NCBI RefSeq assembly: GCF_006345805.1
Contig: NC_043021.1
Coordinates: 28,520,001 to 28,584,000 of the forward strand
Direction: 5' to 3'
From: Octopus sinensis
Taxonomy: Eukaryota
Length of the DNA: 64,000 bases
Notes under the pieces: model-generated
What the model saw: the letters and a program-made list of their open reading frames with translations, nothing else
What the model was told of the DNA's origin: nothing
Database searches by the model: none
Program-made: the position numbers and the translations under genes
In this document: piece by piece, positions 51,271 through 64,000 of the stretch
Position numbering within the stretch: the stretch's first letter is position 1
How the letters are laid out: each line of letters starts with the position of its first letter

Positions 51271-51661
51271 GTATATATAACTTATCTTCTCTCTATCTGT
51301 ATATATATATATATATACATAATGTGTGTGCGTGCGCGTGCGTGGACCTGAATTTGTCTCACCACTTCTTGTGTCTATGTGTTTAATGTGAAACGGGAAG
51401 TAACAGTGACCTTTATGTAATAAAAATCAAAAGGGGAAACTCGCAGGGGCATCGATCACAGTAAACGTACAGCAAATGAGTGTCTTCAAAATTCGATTTC
51501 AGAATTAGACGTGCAGGTGATTGTGAACGTGGTTTGATCAATACTTAAAAATCGATATTACACCATCGCTTGTCTCGCCTCTGGCTCCATCTCTATTCAT
51601 CTTAGCTCTCTCCTTCATATGCACGCACATGTTTATGCATGTTTATGCATGTGTATGTATG

Positions 51662-51718
<57 letters not shown>

Positions 51719-53180
51719 AAATGTATATGTATACAGATGTATCTACAAGTGTGTATTTGTGTTATGACAACGGTACATTTTAATTAAGTCGCAATAAATT
51801 AGGTGATCAATATCATCGCTATCATTAGTAATACAGTTTTTGTTTTCCATTAGTGTCAAGGTTACATAGAGAGCTTTCTGATGTGGTGTCTGTAGTTACC
51901 TAGTTCGTTATCTCTTCAGTGTATGACTGGTATTTTATTTTATCGAACTCCTACCATCTCTAGAAATATGAAAGAAAAATTCAGTCTCAAAGAAGTTGCA
52001 AATGAAGAGACGCAAGTCAACGAAATATGGCATTTTATTCCACGCTCTACCTGCTCTCACAAGAAAAATAGGGATTTCTACAGTACATATAAGCCCCATA
52101 AATTTACTTGTACCGAATGTTTTCGACTTCTGAAGCCTGGGAAAACTTCAACATCTTATTGGCCGCGTGGAGGAATTCATTCAGAACGTAAATACATGAA
52201 TCTCAATCCTGGTCTTACGATGTTATCATTGACCTCAATCAATCCTTAGAATTACAATACAACAGAATATCACTTATCGGACACAATATATTAATTATGA
52301 CGACGAGGTAGTTTAGTCGATATGATTGAACTTAGAACGTGAGATAAACTTATTTTAACCATCGCTAAATTCCTAGGTGAAAAGCTCATTGGCTTGAAGA
52401 CCTATGTAAAGATAAGGAGTGTTTATATCCGCATTGACGCATAGAACTAGTTAGAAATGAGGAAATTGATCTGTAAACACTTTACTAGGAAACAATGACA
52501 CCGCATTCGTCTATGCATATAGAACTTGAGAGTAAGTTTGGAGAGTATCCTCCAACAAAATGGCTGGAGCATCAATATAAAAATTATAAAGCTTTTAAGC
52601 TTAACGGAAGAAGGATTTTATCTTGGCAGCAGATGAATTAGATGACCTATGAAGTGGTTATTATATGCATATTATACACACACACACACTATATATATAT
52701 ATATATGATATCTTATCAATGAAGGTGTACCACGATGCTGTCATTATGCGACCAAATTTAGCTGCGGTGAACAGGTCATTCGGTCAGCTACTGCTCAGAT
52801 AAAATCTTTTCCGTTGCGCTTAAAAGCTTCACATGATCTAGAAACCATTCTGCCACAATACAGAGATACTGACTCACTCAAATCTAATCTCTTAAAGATT
52901 GGTGTTTTGCAGATATGTACACAAACACTCACACAGACACACACACGCCGACACAGACAAACACACGTATGTATGTGTGCATGTCTGTGTGCCAATTCAC
53001 ACACACACACACACATATATATATATACATTATATTTATACATATAGACAAACACACACACACACACACACACACACATGCACACACACATGCACACGCC
53101 TATATATAATACGTGATAGAAAAATACCATAGATGAAAGAGTTAAAGAAAGAACAAATGTTTGGGGCAGAAGGAGATGAG

Positions 53181-53218
<38 letters not shown>

Positions 53219-53514
53219 GAGAGAGAGACTATTGATTGTTGTTGCATGTTTTATTTCCTCTATCAGACTTGAACCAGCCTCCTGGCCTTCAGCTCCATTT
53301 CCTAGGCTTACAAATACAGAATAGAGTTGTTGTCCCGTTTGCTGCTAGGTTAACACTTTATTTAGGCTTTCGTGCCGTGGGTCGACTCTGGTTATCTCGA
53401 ACTTGGGTCACCAAGTCTTTGGCTAAATATTTAACGGCAGTAGCAACAGCCGCAGCAGCAACAGCAACAGCAGCTGTAGTAGTGGTGGTGGTGGTTCGTC
53501 GTCGTCGTCGTACT

Positions 53515-53517
53515 CGC

Positions 53518-53570
<53 letters not shown>

Positions 53571-53661
53571 CAGCTCATATGTCGTCAATGTTGCTGTCTG
53601 TGTTGCAGTGTTGCTAGTAATGAAATGGTTTTTCAATGTGGAATAAATGTAGATATACTAC

Positions 53662-53694
<33 letters not shown>

Positions 53695-53695
53695 G

Positions 53696-53758
<63 letters not shown>

Positions 53759-53782
53759 ACTACTACTACTACTACTACTACT
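53515..53782. repeat. (AGT)n and (ACT)n/(GCT)n trinucleotide arrays in opposite orientation
   Basis: Direct reading. Confidence 0.9.
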
Positions 53783-54452
53783 AATGTCTAAATGTATTAA
53801 TATTTGTACCATTAGTTGTATTCGCAATATCTGTGGAGGTGGCGATTTTATCTAATTAACTTCCCCTAGTTCTCTCACCTTAACCATATTTTTGTCTTTC
53901 TAATTAACTAATAATGAAAGCAAAAAAGAAAAAGAAAGAACACATACAAAACATCTAAAGGAGAAAAATAGTTCACAGCAGCCATAAAAGAAACGGACTT
54001 TAATCATGTTCTGCTTTCTCTCTGCTGAAAACCTAAAACCGCTGCCAATGTTCTGTTTGTTTGGGACTTTGGAATAATTTGATTTCATAATAGTCCCTGA
54101 CGTTGTCTAAAATTTTTTAGGTCTATTTCTATATTTTTGCATGGTTCTGTATAGGTACAAATGCACAGACGTGTATAAGTATGGTTATATGCGTGGTAAT
54201 ATGGTAGTATATAAATATAATACTACCCTGATTTCTGCTTCTTCCTTCTTTGCTATCTATTTAATTAAAGGCAGACCAGCGAAAACAACGAGTTTCCCAT
54301 TGTTATTATATTCATTTTCTTCTCGTACATATATACATAATTTTACTGCAAGGTATGCATATGTCTGTGCACATATATCACCCTGTGTATATATGAGTGC
54401 TTCCTCAAATTCGTGTATGTAAATATATATATATATATATATATAATATATA

Positions 54453-54501
<49 letters not shown>

Positions 54502-55197
54502 TAGATAGATAGATAGATACATACATACATACATACATACATACTTAGACAAACGTTTATGAATTTGTTTTGCATGATTCCTGATGTGAAAATGTGTGCT
54601 GAAACAGGTATTGTTATATTTCGAGATGGTCGTCTTTTTACCTGACAAATAAACACAAATATTATATGTTCGTTCTTCACTCGTTTATTATTGTTCATAT
54701 TTAATCTTATGTCCATTGTCTGGAAATCTTTCGTCACAAACCTGTGATATATTGGGCGCAATATATCAGCGGTGGTGCCCCAGCATGGCCGCGGCCTTCG
54801 GGCTAAAACATTTTTAAGGATTTAAGGAACCCTTCCCTACACGTGTCTGCTCCTGTTCTGTTTCGTAAATTCTGTGTTTTTAGAAAAGCTAGATTAGACT
54901 CAACTGAACAAGAGGAAAGATGTGGGATGGAAGAGTCACTGAACAGATCACAGCTTTGTGAGGAAACATTTCCAGACAATTGACCTAAGTTAAAATATAA
55001 AATAAGATAAACTAATGAAGAACTAACACACAGTGCGTGTTTCTTTAGCAAGAAAAACGAGATCCTTGGTACAGTGAGGTATATTTAAAAAAGAAAACAA
55101 TGATCTCACTGATAGTTCTAATCAGTTTAACTTATTATTATTTTAATTTTTTTAATAATAAATAATATAATAGAACTACCAGTGAAGTCATTCGTTT

Positions 55198-55363
<166 letters not shown>

Positions 55364-55903
55364 CATGCATACACACACACACACGCACACACACATATAT
55401 ATATGTATGTATGTATATGTATATATATACACATATGTATATGCCCGCATATATATCTATCTACCGAAGAAACATATAAGAATACATATTTGATGTAAAA
55501 ATATGTGTGTATGTGTGTGTGTGTGCGCGCACTGTGTGTGTATGCATATGTGTGTGAGAGTTTGTGATTTGGAGAAACTGAATGAACGTATAAATTATTT
55601 CACCAAGTCACAACTACGCATGTGTTCACGTAAACTAAATGTAAATCATACAAAAAAATAATGCAAACTATATACAAGAACGAATAATTCTTTCTGTTAT
55701 AGACACAAAGCCTAAAATTTGGAGGGAGGACCCAAGTTCATCATTCTGCTCGGATGGTACTTATTTTGTCGACCCGGGAAGTTTGCAAATGCAAAGGTGA
55801 CCGTTGCGGAATTTGAACTAAAGATTCTGTCAGTTCACCGCCTTACATGTACGAACTATTAATAATAATGAAAAAAAAAATACAACAATAAAAACAAGAA
55901 CAC

Positions 55904-55953
<50 letters not shown>

Positions 55954-56644
55954 GTAGTAGTAGTAATAATTATAATAACTCACTATCACATGACTATCAA
56001 ATGAAGAATCTGGTGTGTTTATTTTAATGGCATACCAATGCATACAGTAAGTTTCTCTGCCCTTGGTGTCAGAAAGACACTCGGCAAGAAATGGAAACAG
56101 AATTGAAAGAAGATGCTAATAATAATAATAATAATATTTTCTCATCCCCTTCCCTTCTTGATCATTATCATTGTCAAGCTTTCTTGTTATATAGTTATTT
56201 GTTTGTATTCGCTTTTCCTATGCTTGCTGCCATATTAACAAATAAACAACCTTTAAAAAAAAAATGGTTTAGTTCTTAATGTGTGTGGTTTCTTTGTTTT
56301 GCGCGATAGGCAGGTTTGATGATCCGATTAAAAGTTTTAAAATCCTAGGTAGTTTAGTAATCCACAAATGTCGAGTGTGTGCATGTATGTGGTATATGAT
56401 TATATCTATAGATGTATGTGCGTGTATGGTTATCTGTGTATTCGGAGTTTATGCAGAGTGGATGGGGAGATGGGTGGGTAGGTTTTTGTTTGTGCTTTGT
56501 CTCTTAAAGGAAACGGATATTGAAGTTACTTTAAATCCTTAATCATTAACTTCTTTATTAGATGTGCGTGTTTACTAAATATCCCTTTGACAACACCGTC
56601 ACCGTCATCATCATCGTCATCACCACTGTCATCATGACCTATCA

Positions 56645-56703
<59 letters not shown>

Positions 56704-56854
56704 TAATAATAATAATAATAATAATTATTATTATTATTATTATTATTATTTGTAGTAGTAGTAGTAGTAGTAGTAGCGGTAGCAGCAGCAGCAGCAACAG
56801 CAGCAGTATTATTATTATTATTAGTAGTAGTAGTAGTAGTAATAGTAGTAGTAG

Positions 56855-57022
56855 TAAGCTGGCAGAATCCTTAGCACGCCGGGCAAAAACGTTGAGCGAC
56901 ATACCGTTTACCTCTACATGCCGAGTTCAAATTCCGCCAGGGTCGATAAAATAGCACTGGAGTCGATGTCATCGACTTGCAATCTCCCCGCACATTGCTG
57001 GCCTCCTGCCAAAATGTGAAAC

Positions 57023-57030
<8 letters not shown>
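56855..57030 (+). mobile_element. Family-B SINE with (ATT)n tail
   Basis: taagctggcagaatccttagcacgccgggcaaaaacgttgagcgac...ccgagttcaaattccgccagggtcgataaaatagcactggagtcgatgtcatcgac. Confidence 0.8.
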
Positions 57031-57085
<55 letters not shown>

Positions 57086-58065
57086 CATTATTATCATCAT
57101 TATTATTCATAGCCTCTCGGATAGTTCTTAATTACTGGTTATTCTTTACTTGGAAACAGGTAACAACAAATCACCAAAGCTTTCAAGTAGTGCCTTCTTC
57201 TCCTATGACACAAAGAGTATTATTATTACGATGATGATGATGACGACAGCAACGCTGATGGTGACGATGACGGTGATGATGAAGAGAAAGAGAATTATCA
57301 TCGTCGTCATCGTCGTTGTCATCATCATCATCATCATCATTAGCATCGTTATCAACATCATCAACATCACCTTGTTCATCATGGTCGTCACCATCATTAA
57401 TTACAACAAGCAACGATTTTCACCATCATCCGACAGCATTTTATGAAAAGCAATATTGTTTCGTCGTTCTTTCTTCTGATGATTTCGGTTGCTTTGAACT
57501 TACGGCCATCGCTGTTAATTGATTTGTATGTCGAATGACGTCATCAAATATTTATATACTTATGTGCATCGAATATATTTGCACGTAGGCGCGTGTGATC
57601 GTGGCTGTGTGAGTGAGTGTGTATGCTAACTTAGCCCATTACCGCTTTATGGTCGATAAATGCATACCAATTCAATTACGCTGGTACTGAGGGATGGTAA
57701 GATCGTCGGATACAACTCCAAGTGGTATATGTTCTGGCTCTTTGTGTTCTACGATCACCACGGCCTCGTTACATGGCAGAATTAACACGTGTCCTATATC
57801 AACACAATTACTTGGTCACTTGACTGCATCTAGAGATTGGGTGCATCTTGCGCATTCAAGCATTCAGACCAAGTTTCCAGGTTTAATTGCAGATATGCTT
57901 CCGTCTTTACATATATATATATACAGATACACACACACACAAACATATATATATACATATATACATAACTATATGAATATATATTTGCATATATATAAAT
58001 ATGTATATGTATTTATATATGCATCTATGTACCTATATTATATGTGTATATATATGTATATACGC

Positions 58066-58148
<83 letters not shown>

Positions 58149-58166
58149 ATATATGTATATATATAC

Positions 58167-58232
<66 letters not shown>

Positions 58233-58364
58233 GCAATAAAGATAAACATTATAAAAAGGTGCAACCACAAAACTGAAGCAAAAATACAAAAAGAGCAACA
58301 AAAATAATAACAGAAACAAAATGATGATGACGATGATGATGATGATAATAATAATAATAATAAT

Positions 58365-58399
<35 letters not shown>

Positions 58400-59869
58400 G
58401 GTCACCGTTTCCTCCTCTCGTTGTGTCCTTATTCAAATACAACTAGTCTATGTCTTTTGTGACTATCACAATTTCTATAAGAGAGATTGGAGGCTATATT
58501 CTGTTTCTGAAAAAAATCTCTACCAAAGTTTAAAAGGCCTACAGTATTATTTTAAGTAGTGACAGGATGAAGAGAAGAAAAACTGTATCTACAATTAGCA
58601 TGGGTTCAAATTTCGAACAAAATAAATAAGCACTCATTTCTAACTTGGGGATATAGTCTGACATAATCCTGTGGCCGTGTTGATATTTTTCGTCGTTAAT
58701 TACTTTGCCCTCTGAAGATAATTTATGAACATTTTTGGATTCCCCACTAACATTATTTGTAATGAAAGTAAAAAGGAATTACTGATCTGCCGATTGAAAC
58801 TGTGTTGGTGTCTTATCGTATCAACCGTTGGTTTCAAAGTTTGGAATTGGTGAGAAGAAGAAAACTGCTCCTGGATAAATAAATGATAGGCAACGTTAGG
58901 TAACTTAGCAGGGATCTTTATTTCAGCCTGGACTGAGTTTTTGTCCTATAAAATATAAAATTTACCTTGAATTCCAAAAATAGTTATAAAATGCTTCTAG
59001 TGGTAAATTTGAAATCCAGACTACTGAGTTTCTAACTAAACATTATGCTATGCATGCAGTCAAGTAGTTGGTGGTAGAAGTGGCAATAATGGTGATGAAT
59101 GTAATGGTGGTGGTGGTGGTTTCACTGGTGGTGGTAATGGAGCAAATGGTATTAGTGTTAATCGTTAATGAATTATCAGTCTTTTGAGTACGAGGAAGAA
59201 AGAAATATCAAGTGGGAATATATTTATTTCTGACTTAATCTAAGTGTTAGCAAAAGAATGTAGGGAAAACGCTGTGATTCTCATCGTTGATTTTGTTGTT
59301 TGTTCAACCGCAAGGACGTCTGAAAGAACTGGACACTGATAAAATGCTGTCCAGCCCTGACTACTCTGCACGGTCAGTTTTGCAGCTAAATCTTCTATGC
59401 TCACATATCTAATGCAATGATTTCCTCATTTTTTTAAAAAACAATGATTCCGACCACCATGATAATGATAGTAAGGTTAATGGTGGGGCAGGTGATGGTT
59501 GAAAACATTATTACGATCATAATTATAATAATGACTGCAATTATGATTATGACAGCTATGAATATAATTATATTCGTGCATATTATTATAATCATGTTAA
59601 CAATGCATAATTATGTTCATGCTTGAAATTATAATTAAGAATGTGATTAATATGATTACGAAAATGATTATGATGGTTGTGAGTGTAATGATGATGATGA
59701 GGTTATAACAACGTTTACGGTGAATATGATTATAATTAATTATGATGATAATGATGATAAACAAGGTGACGATGTGAGTATTAATAAGGATTGATATTGA
59801 AGAGAAAGTTGATAATTATGACGTCGACCATGGTGATGATAGTGATGATGGTAGTGGTGGTGGTGGGGA

Positions 59870-60095
59870 TGATGATGATGATGATGAAGATGATGATGAT
59901 GATGATGAAGATGATGATGATATTTTAAGTATCTCAGTTCCTGTCGTCTTTGTACTCATTGTCAATTTGAACCTTCTCTATCATCTCCCCCCCCACCATC
60001 CTCAACCCACACCATTACCAACCTCTTCCTTAACATATTCATAGTTGTAATCCACCTTCTCCGAGTCGGAACATCATCCCCATTCTCACAATCAT

Positions 60096-60156
<61 letters not shown>

Positions 60157-60178
60157 GCTACTACTACTACCACTACTA

Positions 60179-60247
<69 letters not shown>

Positions 60248-60248
60248 G
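59870..60248. repeat. (GAT)n and (ACT)n arrays
   Basis: Direct reading. Confidence 0.9.
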
Positions 60249-61100
60249 AGTTGAAATATAAAACAGGCATTTTCTCAATTTGGTATGGAAGAGGAAATGG
60301 CTACATATGTTTTTAACGTTTTTCTTTTATTTATTAAAAGCACCTTGCGGGATTCGATCTGACTGAAATCATCTGCTGCAGATACCGATATATCAGGTAG
60401 ATTGTTATATCTTAGAAGTTTGTTATAAATCACGTGACCGACCAGTGCGCAGGCTAGGCCAGTAGTCCAACATTCTTCCGTGACCAAAACGGATCAGGGA
60501 CTAGATCAACGTGAAATGAAGTGTTTTCTCCTCAAGAACACAACGTGATCCGGTATGGGAATCGATCCCACGATCTAGCTATTGCGAGAGAGGCAGCCTA
60601 CACACTAGACCGTGCGCCTTGTTTTATAAATAGAAACATTTCTCACCATTTCCCTTCGATACGATTGTCGCTGTGTTATTCTTGTGAAAAAAGATATCAA
60701 GCAACGAGAATAATAATGAAAACGTAAAAGGGAAAAAGAAAACTGGATTCCGATATCACTTTTGCATTTGATAATAAATAGCAAAGGGGAAAAACATTGG
60801 AAGTCAAAAACTGGAAAATGTGTGCATTTCTGATTTACATAGTTCTGTATGTATGATTATGTGCATGCGCATACGTATATATGCATGTATTTGTGTATAT
60901 ATTGATATGTGTGTGTGTATGTGTGTTTCTGTGTGTGTGCTTGTGCGCATGATTGTGTGCGTGAGTGTGTGTGATTACGTATGCTTGCATACGTATATAA
61001 ATGTATGGAAATTTGTGTATATGTATACGCATATATATACATACATAGTTATGTATATATTCATAAACATATATATGTGTGTATATGCGTGTGTGTGTCT

Positions 61101-61194
<94 letters not shown>

Positions 61195-61631
61195 AGGAAT
61201 TAATGACAGTGTGTGCCTTTATAAATACACCCAGTCAGAATATGTGAGTGCACATAATGTTTTATAAGTTAAAGTTTCTGAAAATGTGACTCGATTTTCT
61301 AATATATTTGCCACACTGCTATATCCCTATAATAGTTTGAATAAAGAATATCACGAAAGATTCAAGCATTTTGATATCTTATTAAAATAGTAAAAGTTAT
61401 ATATATATGTGTATATATAAATATATGTGTGTGTGTGCGTATGTGTGTGTATGCGTGTATGCATTAAAATAATCTACGTATGTGTGTGCCAGTTATGTAC
61501 GCCGATGTCTGCTATGGGAGTAAAAGCAAGCGTGTCTGACAATGTGTGAGTCGAAGTATTCTAAGCATTCAAATAACATGCGATGCTAATAAAAAGAAAA
61601 AAAGACTATTATTTAAAACAAAAATCGTCAT

Positions 61632-61635
61632 TTCT

Positions 61636-61666
<31 letters not shown>

Positions 61667-61734
61667 ACATCAAAATCATCATCATCATCATCATCATAAT
61701 CCTGATCATCAGCATCATCATCGTCGTCATCATC

Positions 61735-61797
<63 letters not shown>

Positions 61798-61890
61798 TTC
61801 ATCATCATCATCATCATCATCATCATTTTCATCATTATTATTATTATTGTTATCAAGATCATTACCATTATCAGCTTCATCATCAGCCTC
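61632..61890 (+). repeat. (CAT)n array
   Basis: Direct reading; source of the poly-Met/Asp/Ile pseudo-ORFs. Confidence 0.95.
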
Positions 61891-62007
61891 ATAAGTGTTA
61901 GTAGTAGCAATGCAGATGTATATATACCCGTATACAGCTGTATATGGATATGCATATATACATACGTACATGCATACAAATATACCTGCATACTTTCGCA
62001 CGTACAT

Positions 62008-62039
<32 letters not shown>

Positions 62040-62471
62040 GTGTGTATGTGCGTGTGCGTGCGTGTGTGGATAATGATATTAATAAATAATTTAGACAAAT
62101 AAGTATAAGTCGTATTTTTAAAGCAGAGATTACTAAATGCATTTAATATTAACAAAAGAAATACAAACAAGTGAATCTTTGTATCTCTCGGTTGCTAGCA
62201 TTAATTATTATACAAATATTTCGAGTAGCAAAATAACGTTGCGTGCTTTATGGAACGGGTTTCTACGTTTCTCGTTAGAAGCGGTCGTCAGGTGAAATGG
62301 TGACGCGGTGCACTGATGAGAATTTCAAAGTAAATAGACCGCTTGTAGCGAAAATCGTGGATTATCAATTGCGTGGTGCGATGCATTTTTAATGTACCCA
62401 ATATGGATCCCCCTCTGTCTTTTCCCCTCTCCCCCTCTCTCATTCATTTTCTGGTTTCTCTCCATTTCTCT

Positions 62472-62535
<64 letters not shown>

Positions 62536-63178
62536 AATTAGAGATAAAACCACTATTAGGCAAGTAAGTTTGGATTTACATCCTAATATTATTTATATAT
62601 ATATATCCCCATACGTATATAGATTGAAAGCGGTATATTGGTGTGCAAATGTATGTATACACACACACATATAATATGTGTATGCATATACATATATTAC
62701 ACATATATATGTATTTATATTTATTTCTATATTTATATATATGTTAACTGTCCATGTAGAGTATTACACTGTAGAGAGTATATCCATATACATTATACTG
62801 ATAACTTCAATATGAATATATGTGTGTGTGTGTGTTTCCGCGCGTGTGTATATCCGTGTATGTGTGTGTGCGCGTGTGTGTGCGTGTGTGTGTCAGTACT
62901 TATATACGTGCGTGTATCATATCAATGTTCTACACAATAAACGGTGAATAGGAGATGCATTGAATATATCTGAAGCAGAAGCAAGTTGGTTTTTCCTTAT
63001 GTAAGTTGTCTGATGCCATTTGGATCACTTCAATGCTATAAAGATATCATCAAGCTATAAAAATTACTCTAGATTCTACATTTATGGACTTTCTCTTTTG
63101 GCGGAAGCTTGTGAGACAAGTACGGTGTCCATTAGCCGAATACGACTGTGTTTGTGTGTGTATGTGTATGTGTGTGAG

Positions 63179-63237
<59 letters not shown>

Positions 63238-63249
63238 TATGTATTGAGT

Positions 63250-63478
63250 AGACTATCAGACGTAGTAATACAAACGAGGGTCAAAGTGCGTTTCTCATTC
63301 CTCCTGATCGGAAGACTACTACGCTGGAGTGTTACCCATTTACAGCCGAGTGAACTGGACCAGCGGGAGATGACGTGTTTTATTCAATCACACAACGCCC
63401 CACCCGGTGCGGAAATCGAAACTGCAGTTTAACAGTCCTGAGTGCTACATCACAAACCTCGAGGCCACGCGCTTTCAC
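63250..63478 (-). mobile_element. Decayed tRNA-derived SINE
   Basis: Reverse complement reads gtgaaagcgcgtggcctcgaggtttg...gtttcgatttccgcaccgggtgggcgttgtgtga...ggtccagttcactcggctgtaaatgggta. Confidence 0.6.
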
Positions 63479-63519
63479 ACTCGCACACTTATGCATACAC
63501 ACACACACACACACACACG

Positions 63520-63551
<32 letters not shown>

Positions 63552-63808
63552 CACACACATTTATGTACTTATATATTTAAGCATGTATGTATGCGTCTTT
63601 TTAATATTTCATTCTATTATATTTTAGCAATTCGTTATTTTCTTTTGTCGTCTATGGATGGCTCTTGTTTTGTTCATGAAACATTATTGCATAACCAATA
63701 AGAATTTGGAAACTTCGAGAGACTGAGAGTAATTAATTTTTGATGATGGAACTTAAATATACGTTATTATATATAGTTTTATCCACTTCGAGTTCCACCC
63801 TAAAAGAC

Positions 63809-63853
<45 letters not shown>

Positions 63854-64000
63854 CGACCACCATCATCAATAACGTTGTCATTGTATTCATTACTACTTCC
63901 TTCAGTGCGCTAGGAAACATTTTGAATGGCTAGAGCGCTGAAAAAAATCTAGAATTTATTCTTTATTCATGTATGTTTTACGATATGCATTCCAATACAA

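Noticed and set aside
51923-52249. 108-aa ORF (MTGILFYRTP...)
   Set aside because: No recognisable domain or splice context; its length is compatible with chance or decayed repeat DNA.
57690-57830. Protein-like minus-strand frame ([36 protein letters not shown])
   Set aside because: Only ~48 codons between stops, with no motif I recognise and no convincing splice sites.

Overview
This is 64 kb of AT-rich, microsatellite-dense eukaryotic DNA. I could not support any host protein-coding gene, rRNA, true tRNA or CRISPR array. The SINE repertoire and simple-repeat content look like an octopus (coleoid cephalopod) genome; that assignment is inference from pattern recognition. The window is a retroelement/transposon landscape. 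(1) A 1,973-bp ORF1-only (gag-like, CCHC) element at 3447-5419 (-) is flanked by a perfect 16-bp target-site duplication and splits the tRNA-like head of a SINE; it looks like a non-autonomous 'half-Tx1'. (2) A full-length decayed Tx1/L1-clade LINE (6675-12407) is followed by a 5'-truncated copy with an open RT frame (12522-15262); both are bounded on both sides by (TCTA)n, suggesting GATA-repeat targeting. (3) Four R4/Dong-like RLE-type LINE fragments are stacked in one orientation among (TAA)n arrays (23-28 kb). (4) Two canonical minimal type-I hammerhead ribozymes occur at 25499-25543 (-) and 42431-42480 (+), the latter ending a 3.1-kb Penelope-like non-autonomous element with inverted termini. 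(5) There are four fold-back/palindromic elements, a GG-ended MITE with an 8-bp TSD carrying (CCCTAA)n, Tc1/mariner fossils and many SINEs. Most ORFs in the supplied track are microsatellite artefacts.
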